Assembly (NCBI GenBank): GCA_964016885.1
Contig: OZ024751.1
Location: forward strand, 41,230,001 to 41,294,000
Direction of reading: 5' to 3'
Origin: Eledone cirrhosa
Lineage: Eukaryota
Length of the DNA stretch: 64,000 bases
Below the pieces are notes generated by a model. That model saw only the letters and a list, made by a program, of their open reading frames with translations, had not been told where the DNA came from and ran no database searches. Both the position numbers and the translations under genes were made by a program. This document shows positions 53,367 through 64,000 of this stretch, piece after piece (position 1 is the first letter of the stretch; every line of letters starts with the position of its first letter).

Positions 53367-53741
53367 CTGTTCAGATAAATACAAGATAATAATATTTAAA
53401 GTGGAAGAAAAAGCAATTAAGCAAAGACTGCTAAAAATCTGAATATATTTAAACCTTTTGTAACCAATCTGGCCAAAACTGGCTCTGGTTCTATGAAATA
53501 AAGTCACCTATTTTAAAGGTTTCCAATTTATACTAAAATCTACCATAACTTTGGATGAGACTATAATTTGTGAGTGAAACTAGATAGATGGAAACTATTA
53601 GGAAGTCTGTCACATGGGCTCTATTAAAGATACTATAAACATTTAAAATTAAACAATTTTGAAATATTTTCCGCTAAATTGTTACAAGATGGAGAGCGTT
53701 AAAGTGGTAATAGAAAGAGAAAAACCAATAAATATTCTTAC

Positions 53742-53921
53742 CTGGCATATCTTGTAAGTCTTTGATAGAATCTTTGCCCCATGGTAAAATCAAATAAAAA
53801 TGGGCAGGGTTTATGATAGCACTGACTTCTACTCCAACTAGGGAACCAACTATTGGTAATTCAAATTCAGAAAAACTGCCATCTTTGCAAACTGCTTCTC
53901 TTTTATCAACTGTGAAACAAT
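53742..53921 (-). CDS. CCCH-Tudor protein, extended-Tudor N-terminal exon
   Basis: CFTVDKREAV...LPIVGSLVGVEVSAIINPAHFYLILPWG; donor gtaaga; alternative in-frame acceptor at 53909. Confidence 0.88.
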
Positions 53922-53980
53922 CTGGATGGAAATAAAGTATATAAAATAGTAAAAAATCTTAGATGGAAAAAACATTTTAA

Positions 53981-54201
53981 CCCTTTAGCATTTAAACCAG
54001 CCATATTCGGCCAGAACTCTCTCACCTCTTTCTGCTCAAACCAGCTTTGACCAGCCACTTATACCTACATTAAGGTATTGTTCTCAAAATCAATAACATC
54101 AAAATCTCATAGCTTCGATATTATGTGAGATAAGTATGTGGAGTAAAGCCTTTACCATGAAAATACAATAGTAAATATAGAATAATGTAAATGCTAAAGG
54201 G
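53981..54201. mobile_element. piggyBac-type MITE
   Basis: TTAA-ccctttagcattta...taaatgctaaaggg-TTAA; perfect 14-bp TIR and TTAA TSD. Confidence 0.88.
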
Positions 54202-55004
54202 TTAATGAAAAAGACTGAAAACACATTACAGTAAGAATTTTAACATCAGTTGCTTGCTCCAGTCTGGCATCAGCCACTCACTTCGGTCTGGCATCAGTCT
54301 CTCATTCTGGTCTGGCATCAGTCTAATACCATCCATTTTCGAGGCCAATCAATTTTGCAGGTAAGCTGTTGCATACTTATAAGCCGATTCCAGCTTCCAT
54401 GAACACAGTCCTGCTGTCTATATCAACTGACACCATATCGAGAGATCTAATGGGTAAATTTTAACTGCAAAATTGTATGAAAATGAAAACAACTACACAA
54501 GCTTATGGAAACAGGTTATCTTTAGTCCTGTTTAAAGACAGAGTATTGATCATGGAATGCCCTTCCCCAGTTATAATTGATAATCTTACAACACTTGACT
54601 TGTGTTATAACTATATAATAGAATTAATAACTTTTATAGAGAGTTACCATCAGTGTTTGTTTTTAGAGTTCAAACCTGCCGAGGTTAACTTTGCCTTTCA
54701 TCCTTACGGGGCCGATAAAATAAAGTACTAGTAATGCACTGGGGGAAATTTAATCAACTTTCCCCTCTCAATAATATTGATCTCTCATTTAGGAACAAGG
54801 CCAACAAATTTGGGGGAGAAGGAAGTTGATTAAATCTACCCCAGTACATTACTGGTACTTTATTTTATCGACCACGTAAGGATGAAAGGTGAAGCTAACC
54901 ATGGTAGGATATGAACTGCAGAGGTTAGCTTGGCCAGTCATCCTTACGGGGTTAATAAAATACAGTACCAGTAATGCACTTGGGTCAATTTAACAGAAAC
55001 ATAC

Positions 55005-55103
55005 CGTCTGGCAGTCTGATATGTTGATATGGACATCTTGAACCAAGTCTACATTTGCGACCTTCTCTGTAAAATTTGCAGATTTTTTTTTCATCGTCAA
55101 CAA
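55005..55103 (-). CDS. CCCH-Tudor protein, CCCH zinc-finger exon
   Basis: VDDEKKICKFYREGRKCRLGSRCPYQHIRLPD = C-x8-C-x5-C-x3-H; ttttcag acceptor, gtatgt donor; phase 1-1. Confidence 0.9.
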
Positions 55104-55389
55104 CTGAAAAAAAAAAACAACATTAGAAAATAAAATTAAAAACCTGAGAATAAATGATATAGTCATTGATAATAGTAAATTAAATACATAATGATATCAA
55201 ACAGCTTTGTTGTTCAGGAACTAGAAAAATACTGACACATCAATTAAAAGTTCAAAGTATGCTTCTAACTTTGATATATAGATAAATCCTGCTATTTCAA
55301 GCATTAACCTAATATTTTCCTTCCATATACTGTAGTGATTGTGTTGTTATTTCTGTTCCTCTTTTACATATATATATATAATATAGAAA

Positions 55390-55440
55390 GGCTTCTACAG
55401 GACTAGAACTGTTTCATTCAGAAGAAATCATCAGGAAGCC
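55390..55440 (-). ncRNA. Type I hammerhead ribozyme motif (family E)
   Basis: Minus strand ggcttc-CTGATGA-tttc ttct gaat-GAAA-cag ttctagtc ctg-TA-gaagcc; stem I covaries with the 12562 copy; inverted partner at 55441-55485. Confidence 0.85.
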
Positions 55441-55811
55441 CTGATGATTTCTCTCTAATGAAACAGTTCTAGTCCTGTAGAAGCTTTTCTATATTATATA
55501 TTTATACTCTGCTTTGTATTGAGTACCTTACTTACTGTGGTTACCTCCGATTGAACTCGGGATAAACTTATATATACACACACACGTACACCTACACACA
55601 CCACCTTCAGCCCTCCCCGCTCGGACACCCTGTCTCCCTCTCCCCACTCCACCCGCCACCACTTATTTTACTTCATGTGTATTATTATTATTTTTATTTT
55701 TATCATGCCTTTATATTTAATTTCATTTGTACCGTTTCCTCTCACCCCCTTTTTTCTATATGTCTCTCCACCACTCCCCTACACACCCTTGGAACTCTCT
55801 TCCCACACACT

Positions 55812-55852
55812 TTTCACCTGAAGAAGGGCTTATGCCCGAAACGTCGTTCCCC
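55812..55852 (+). ncRNA. Minimal Penelope-type hammerhead core (family G)
   Basis: CTGAAGA-agggc ttat gccc-GAAA-cgtcgt; C-rich upstream tract and aataaa downstream as in PLE pLTRs; stem I not evident. Confidence 0.55.
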
Positions 55853-56588
55853 ACCACCACCCCACTCTCAATAGCGTGAAACTAATAAACCTTTGTTCGT
55901 ACTGCCTCTCTGTTTTGTTCCCGTTCAATTTTTTACTATATATATATACATACATAGATATGTGTGCGTGTGTGTGTATGTGAATTTGTACATATACAGA
56001 TATACAGTATGTTTAATAAATAAACATTTTGAAAGCCTTAGCTATGAATAGAAGGCTGACGGCCAACGCCATCTAGCAGAATCCAAGGGGATAATTGTCT
56101 ATGCATTTCAAACTTAAATGGTCCTGATGAGAACCATTTTAGAAAACCAGCCAGCCACCTGATTTTATATCAATCAGGTGAACACACAAGACAAATTGAT
56201 TACTTACCCATAGGACAATGAGATAAATGGAGTGTAATAAACACTAAGGCCTTCCCTGGGAAGAATGCACTGCTCAACACAAGTTAATTATTAGCAACAT
56301 CAACAAAATAGAACAAGATACACAGGAAAATATGAAGACAGAGGGTTTGGAAGCTAAAGGACCTTTCAGTTAAATATAGATATAGAAAGGTCCTACAAAA
56401 CATAATACCAACTTAATAATTGAAAGGATTTTACTAAATCCCTTCAAATTCTTTATTGCTTAATTCAAATACAGTATGGTTTCTTAGAAATATAATGATG
56501 AAAGGGTTAAAGTGTCATCTTGTAAGACTGCAAGTGACCTCTAATTGAAATAATTTTACTAAATCTCTTCAAATTCTTTATTGGTTAA

Positions 56589-56799
56589 CCCTTTAGCATT
56601 TACATTACTCTATATATACTATTGTATTTTTGTGGTAAAGGCTTTATCTTGCACAATTACCTCACATAATATCGAATATACAAGATTTGATATTATTTAT
56701 TTTGAGAATAATACCTTAACATTAGAATTAGTTGCCAGTTACAGCTGGTTTAAACATAAAGAGGTAAGAGAATTCTAGCCGGATATGACCGGTTTAAAT
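56589..56799. mobile_element. piggyBac-type MITE, truncated
   Basis: TTAA-ccctttagcatttacatt...; right TIR incomplete. Confidence 0.7.
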
Positions 56800-57564
56800 C
56801 AAATACAGTGTTTTCTTAACAATATAGTAATGAAAGGGTTAAGTGACATCTTGTAAGACTGCAAGTGGCTCCTAAAGTATGCAATATAAGTATCTGATGG
56901 TGGTCATAAGACAAAGAAACCATGTAGAAAAAATAACATAACATGCTTAATACAAAACTGAAGTAGTTTGAGGCTGAGTCTTGTGCCATTGTATAAACAT
57001 ACAGACCAACACTTCTTCAAGAAATCAATGAAGTATTATTAAAATATGGTGAGAAAGTTTCACTATAAGTAAGTTGCTGAATGGATAAATGAGAAAACAA
57101 AACCTTAAGTGAAATAATAAAAAGAAAAAGAAGTTGGTGAATTGGTTTTCAATTGTTGAAAGTGTCAGGTCAATAAGACCAGACTTTCTATTAAAAAAAT
57201 ACAACAATAAAATATATCTGACCTACATCAGTTATCTTAACAGTCTCCTCACAATGGCCAAAGAAAATGATTAACAACATTACTGTTAATACTAAAAAAA
57301 TTGTGTAAATGGAGGATAGAGAGGGGGGGGGCTGATGTATGTGTGTATCTATGTATGTGTGTGTGTGTATGTATATATGTATGTGTGTGTGTATTTTAGA
57401 AGACATTTATAACAAGACAGCAAAATGTGTTTTATTCAGATGACATTAACCTTGTTAGCAAAAAAAAAAAAAAAGGATATATATTCATCATCATCATCAT
57501 CATCACCTATATCCATTTTCCATGGTTGGATGGGTTGTCAAAGACCAAGACTAGATGTATTGAA

Positions 57565-57870
57565 TGCATTTCTTCATAGTACCAGCACTACCATTTTACA
57601 GAGTGTACTGGGTGCATTTCTTCATAGTACCAGCACTACCATATTACGGAGTGTATAGGGTGCATTTCTTCATAGTACCAGCACTAACACTTTACAGAGT
57701 GTACTGGGTGCATTTCTTCATAGTACCAGCACTACCATTTTACAGAGTGTATAGGGTGCATTTCTTCATAGTAACAGCACTATCACTTTACAGAGTGTAC
57801 TGGGTGTATTTTATCATAACATCAGCACTACCACTTTACAGAGTGTACTGGGTGTATTTTATCATAGCAC
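57565..57870. repeat. About 48-bp minisatellite, about 6 copies
   Basis: Unit gtgcatttcttcatagtaccagcactaccattttacagagtgtactgg. Confidence 0.85.
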
Positions 57871-58159
57871 ACCTATCATCACACCATTCCCAAGATCTTA
57901 CAATAACTAAACTGACCTAACAATAATAACTAAATTTCATGCTTAGAGGAACTCGCACATCTATTCCTTGCACACCTTAATGAGACATTCATACATATTT
58001 ATCTTTTCTCATCAAACTGTAAAATAAGAAGCCCAGTTTAAATTACTTTCCTTTGTTGCAAATATAAAATTACATGTTAAAAAATATTGTATTTGTGATA
58101 TAAAATCCAAACTTCCAAGTCTGCTGTCCATAAAATTAATTTACTCTGTCGTGCCAGAA

Positions 58160-58350
58160 AATGTTTCACATCTGAAAATATCTTATATCTTTATGAATGA
58201 ACTATTCATCTTTACATTGAGCACTTTTGTCACATGTTGTCTGGTGCTTCTCCTGTGCACCTTAAGAGTCTAGATAAGGTCCAAAGAAGAATCATCAATA
58301 TTATTAGTCCTGACTTATTATGTCGGCAATAATGTTGCCAGTCTGTGATG
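58160..58350 (+). mobile_element. Old CR1/L2/Jockey-type LINE remnant
   Basis: Translates as ...HIEHFCHMLSGASPVHLKSLDKVQRRIINII. Confidence 0.5.
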
Positions 58351-58354
58351 GCCT

Positions 58355-59782
58355 AAACCAGAAATAGGTAACCTTTTATAAGGATTGGCAATGAGTATAG
58401 CGAGGAATTTAGCGTACAGGTTGGGGTCCACCAGGGCTCTGTTCTTAGCCCTCTCCTGTTCATCATAGTCCTGCAGGCAATAACGGAGGAGTTTAAGACC
58501 GGATGCCCATGGGAACTCCTGTATGCTGATGACCTCGCACTCATAGCTGAATCTATGGTAGAACTAGAGAATACATTCCAAACCTGGAAGCAGGGACTAG
58601 AGAGAAAGGGCCTCAAAGTCAACATGACAAAGACTAAGGTCCTTATAAGTAGACGAGAAAACAGAACCCAGATCCCCTCAGGGAAATGGCCTTGCTCAGT
58701 ATGTAGGAAAGGTGTAGGTAGGAACTCCATTCTCTGCCCCAAATGCAAACAATGGGTACACAAGAGATGTAGCGGGATCTCAGGAAGCTTAATTAAGAAT
58801 GTAGGATTCACATGCAGCAGCTGTGCTGAAACAGCAAGCAAACAGCCACAGGAAACAAGTACCACGAATCTCTGGGAGGGCCCTGTAGAAACAGTAGACA
58901 GCTTCTGCTACCTAGGTGACCGAATTAGCAACGGAGGTGGGTGCTCAGAAAGTACAATAACTAGGGTAAGAACGGGATGGAAGAAGTTTAGGGAACTACT
59001 ACCACTGCTAGCTGCAAAAGGCTTCTCCCTCAGAATGAAAGGCAGACTGTATGATGCATGTATCCGAACAGCGATGTTGCATGGTAGTGAGACCTGGGCG
59101 CTGAAGGTGGAAGACTTACGTAGATTAGAGAGAAACGAAGCCTGCATGCTCCGATGGATGTGTAACAGTAATATACGTGAACGACAAAGCATAAAGGAAT
59201 TGAGAGAGAGACTGAGCATAAGAGGAATCAAATGCTGCGTGCAGGAGAGGCGGTTACGCTGGTATGGACATGTGATGCGTATGAAGGATGACAGCTGCAT
59301 AAAAAGGTGCAGAGCACTAGAAGTTGATGGAAACCGCGGAGTGGGGAGACCCAAGATGACTTGGGATGAGGTGATAAAAGCCGACCTTACCCAACTACAC
59401 CTCTCAAAGTCAATGACACACGACCGTGACTTCTGGCGTCACGCAGTAATACAGGGTACCCGACCTCCCATGGGTACATGCTGAAGCATATAAACAATAT
59501 GCCCCCCCCCCCCACCGCAAGGTGGCCGTGGAGGTGCCACGGCAAAAAAGCACCCAGCCCACACTGTAAAGTGGACGTGTAGGTGCCACGAAAAAGCACC
59601 CAGCACTCACTGTAAATGAGGTTGGTGTTAGGAAGGGCATCCAGCTGTAGAAATCAAGCCAGATCAGTTCCTGTATGAGCAAGGCATGGTCAGCCGACCA
59701 GACACTGCCCACAACAGGACAACCCGTCTAACCCATGCTAGCGTGGAAGAACGGACGTAAAACGGTGATGATGATGATGATG
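58355..59782 (+). mobile_element. RTE-clade LINE, 5'-truncated, with intact RT C-terminal frame and 3' UTR
   Basis: GVHQGSVLSPLLF, YADD, Cys-rich insert, LHGSETW, RRLRWYGH; stop at 59484; (gat)n tail. Confidence 0.95.
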
Positions 59783-60264
59783 AAGCAGTGGATCACTTGA
59801 GATGTGGCTAATCATATGGCAATGGCCACACTACTAATAAAAAAAAAGTTCAAGGTAATTTCTAATTATATGTACCATTCAGAAAGAAAGCCACACAGGC
59901 CACAGTTTGACCATAACTTGTCTAAACTATGATCAGATCTTAGTGGCTATACTTTATAATTCCATACTATGCCTTTGTAGCTTTAATGATCTTATTTAAC
60001 AAAATTTAGAAAGTTGGACAACATAACTGTTGGCTGATTTAAAGATTAAATTTTGTTCTTCTACCCACACTATTTTATGATTAGCTTCTCATTATATCTT
60101 CTCTATCACTTCCATTACCCCACTCTTGAATTGTTTTGTTTTGAAATATGGAATACTTTAAGCCTCTCATTCTTTATTTTAAGCTTTTGGATTAAATGAT
60201 TAAAAATTCAATGGAAGAAAATAATAATTTTAATTAAAAAAATACCACATTGTAATAATAATGA

Positions 60265-60482
60265 TTTCTGATATAGGCACAAGGCCAGCAATTTCTTGTG
60301 GGAGGGAGAAAGTCAATTAAATCAACCCCAATGTGTTACTGGTACTTTATTTTATCGACCCTGTAAGGACGAAAGGCGAAACTAACCTCAGTGGGATTTG
60401 ATTACAGAATGTAAAGGAACGTAACTATATGCCACAAAGCATGTTGTCCGACGCTCTACCGATTCTGCCAATCCACCACCCT
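60265..60482 (-). mobile_element. tRNA-derived SINE, family 1
   Basis: Reverse complement of the consensus. Confidence 0.8.
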
Positions 60483-61320
60483 TATAATAATAATAATAAT
60501 AACAAAGTATGGGAAAATCCAAGAAATGAAGGCAAAATTAATAGGAGACATTTCTTAAGAAAGGGAGAAGAAAGGATAAGAAAGAAAGGATAAGGGGGGA
60601 AAGGAGAAGAAAGAAAGGAGAAGAAAGAAAGTGTAGGGAATAATGGGAAACAAGGCTTGATTCAAGAAAGAAAAAAACAGACACACACACATAGATATAT
60701 ACACATATATACATACATATATATGCACATATATACATACATTTACATACACACACATTCTCACACAAACACACCCATACACTCATATATACACACACAC
60801 ATACAACAACAAATGAGGACACTGTAAACAATAAATCATTAAAAGGTGTAGTAGAGTTGGTTGAAGGGTAATTTGATAATGTGGTGGTGGCCATGATATG
60901 GTGGTGGTGAAAGTGTGGTGGTGGTGGTGGGGTGGCATGATATGGTGGGGGGGGGGCATGATATAAGGTGATTTATATTAATTGACCCTATATTGTCAGG
61001 GTCTACTTTGAGTAGCATTCACTATCTTACAATCAATATGTAGGGGGGGGGGGGTATGTCAGAGAGGGGGAGGGAGAGTGAGAGACAGAAATCTTATATA
61101 AATATATATACATATATATATATGTATGTGTGTGTGTGTGTGTGTGGTGCAGTGAGTGTGTGTATGTCTTAGAGAGCGAGTGTGAGAGAGACATGGTGTG
61201 TGTGTGAGAGAGAGACAACTTATATAACCATATACCAACATACATACATGCTTAATACATACACACACAATTACATATATAAAGAAATAGATACAGAACA
61301 TAAACATACTGCACATAATA

Positions 61321-61403
<83 letters not shown>

Positions 61404-61551
61404 GTGAGTGAGTGAGTGAGTGAGTGAGTGAGTGAGTGAGTGAGTGAGTGTGTGTGTGTGCGTGTGTCTGGATCTTACATATCCCCCAAAATTTACATTA
61501 TAAAAGATATAGAGATACTTTGTTAGTCTTGAAGACACACAGACACTTTAG

Positions 61552-61998
61552 CGTGGTGGTGGTGGTGGTAGTAGTGGTGGTGGTGGTAGTAGTGGTGATG
61601 GTGGTGGTAGTAGTGGTGGTGGTAGTGGTGGTGGTAATGGTAGTGGTAATGGTAGTGGTGGTAGTAGTGGTGGTGGTGGTAATAGTAGTGGTGGTGGTGG
61701 TGGTAGTAGTGATGGTGGTGGTAGTAGTGGTGATGGTGGTAGTAGTGGTGGTGGTGGTAGTAGTGGTGGTGGTAGTGGTGGTGGTAATGGTAGTGGTGGT
61801 AGTAGTGGTGGTGGTGGTAATAGTAGTGGTGGTGGTGGTAGTAGTGATGGTGGTGGTAGTGGTAATAGTAGTGGTGGTGGTGTTAGTAGTAGTGGTGGTA
61901 GTAGTAGTGGTGGCGGTGGTGTTAGTAGTAGTGGTGGTGGTGGTAGTAGTGGTGGTGGTGGTGGTGGTAGTGGTGGTGGTGGTGGTGGTGGTAGTGTT
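61552..61998. repeat. (GGT/AGT)n trinucleotide repeat
   Basis: Direct reading. Confidence 0.95.
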
Positions 61999-62598
61999 AA
62001 TGGCAGAGGTGATAATGTTTATATCAATGCTGTAAATTTCACAGAAGTAGAATTATATATTCTTAGCCAGTTATTTTATAACAGCTGATGTTATTGTTGT
62101 TGCTAGGTTTTCCCAGTTTTCCCAGCACAGAAACAGTTTCAATCCATTCTCAACCAAAATGGTTTATTGCAATCAAGACACAATATCACTTAATGTAAAT
62201 ATTTCATTACAGCTTTACTTCTTCTTTGCTCACTTATTCCTGAACACTCCTTCTAGTGGGTCCTGTCGGAAGCAACCATCTACAATAGATCCAGCTGAAT
62301 CCTCAAGTGAGATCAGCCAAGCTCATGGATGTTATCTTGCTCGGGGTTTACCCCCTGGGTCTCCTGCTGGTTGCTTTTTGCCAGTAAAATCTGTCCAACA
62401 GCTTTTTCCTGAGACATTCTAACCACATAATATCGGAGATGTGATCTCTCAATTCCTGAGACATTCTAACCACGTAATATCGGAGATGTGATCTCTCAAT
62501 TCGGAGAAGTAGCGAATCTACCTGGAGCAACTCTCTGATCACCGAGCTACACACACTATCAAGTAACATTATTCCAAAAACCCGGTGGATTCCAAAAA

Positions 62599-62790
62599 CG
62601 GCGGTGGATTGGCAGTATCGGTAGAGAGTCGGACGCCATGCTTTCCAGCATAGTTACGTCCCTTTACGGTCTGAGTTCAAATCCCGCCGAGGTTAACTTT
62701 GCCTTTCATCCTTACGAGGTCGATAAAATAAAGTACCAGTAATGTACTGGTTAATTTGATGGCCTTGTGCCAAAAGTAGAAACAATTATT
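62599..62790 (+). mobile_element. tRNA-derived SINE, family 1, young copy inserted in an RTE fragment
   Basis: Consensus copy; attccaaaaacc occurs on both sides (TSD-like). Confidence 0.88.
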
Positions 62791-64000
62791 CCAAAAACCC
62801 TTCAGAATAACCCCATTTCATTCAAATCTCACTGAGAGTAGTTCAACTTTACCTTTCATCCTTCCAGTGTTGATAAAATAAAGTACCAGTAATACACTGG
62901 GGTCAATTTAATTGACTTTCCCCTCCCTCAAAATTGTTGGTTTTCAGAAAAGAATTCTGCCAGCAGGTTCATTGTAATGCTTTACATATCTAGCTAGTTA
63001 CTCTTTTACCTGTTACAACGATCCGGCTGAAGCCATGCTGAGGTACCGGCCACAAACCTCTTGTATCTTATGATATCAGAAAGGTGAGGGCGTGATAGAA
63101 GACATTCTGACAGGAAGGTGTCTCCAGCAGCATGGTAAAACATTATGTTAGAGATTAGCAGACACACTGTAGATATCTTGGTAAACATGAAGAACAAGAC
63201 AACATAATAAACGTGAACAGAGACAGAGGAAAGAAATAGATGGCTGTATAAACTTGCTTTGTATTATTTCAATTACATTATTATCTATAGCTTTTATTAC
63301 AATATGCAATACACTACAACCAAGTAAACATTCAATTCCAAACAATCCTAGCTTGATTAAATGAGCTTACTTTGTTTTCTGAGTAACAGTAACTTAACAT
63401 TGTCTCTAGTTTTCTATGGCTGCTATCACATTTAAAGTGATGGTAGTTAAACTGAATAATGAATTATGTCAAGCAGAGTTAAGTATCTCTTTCATCAACA
63501 CACAGTAAGGTGGCAGGAGGGGTTAGTGTTGTTAACTATTTAAATAAGATTAATTACCAATATCATGTAATTAAATCACTCTTTCTGTGTCTAAGCAAGA
63601 GTAGGTAATATATCTATATTAATTCAATGTAAAGACACAAACTTAGTAGAACAGGAGTGGTGTTGTGATGTGTATACCTTTCTCAACAGTATTTAAGGAA
63701 TTGATTGACAGGATCCTAGACCTCATTCACTTACCAAGTCAGGTGGAACTTGTCAAATCGGACCAAGGAAACGATGTTTCCATTGGTGATACTATCTATT
63801 GGTGGCAACTTCTGGCAGAAAGAGCAATGTGAAATAAAGAATCTTGTTCAAGGACATAATGCATTGCCTAATCTGGCAATTGAACTTCCAATCTCACGAT
63901 TGCAAATCCAATTCTCTAACCATAAACCACAAGACTTAAAGACAGAACAATCTGTTCAAATAGACTGAAATTGGATCAGGAAACAAATTAACTCTTAACC

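Noticed and set aside
56208-56255. Possible upstream exon of the Tudor gene (good ag/gtaagt sites on the minus strand)
   Set aside because: The phase-1 frame (KALVFITLHLSHCPM) shows no recognisable motif and cannot be supported without RNA data
63010-63167. Possible minus-strand exon with cag/gtaaaa boundaries
   Set aside because: The translation shows no Tudor or other domain similarity, so the link to the gene is unsupported

Overview
AT-rich, microsatellite-dense animal DNA. The tRNA-SINE families, RTE LINEs and (TA)n density suggest a cephalopod or octopus genome (inference). Two spliced genes converge. (1) A + strand type-I membrane protein with a uromodulin/GP2/OIT3-type D8C cysteine-rich domain, a Thr-rich stalk, one TM helix and a C-terminal PDZ-type motif (coding exons about 16267-42155; first exon uncertain). 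(2) The 3' part of a - strand gene with a CCCH zinc finger followed by an extended Tudor domain (exons 55103-48129), resembling the piRNA factor Krimper. The rest is mobile or repetitive: a degenerate mariner, mariner/piggyBac/hAT-type MITEs, RTE/L1/CR1/CRE LINE fragments, many SINEs, and satellites built from SINE pieces. The most striking unannotated signal is a dense set of type I hammerhead ribozyme motifs from at least seven sequence families, in Penelope-like inverted/tandem termini inserted in (TA)n. These include a 591-bp tandem retrozyme-like array whose hammerhead carries the compensatory U3-A8 core (UUGAUAA). All structures were read by eye and coordinates of degenerate repeats are approximate.
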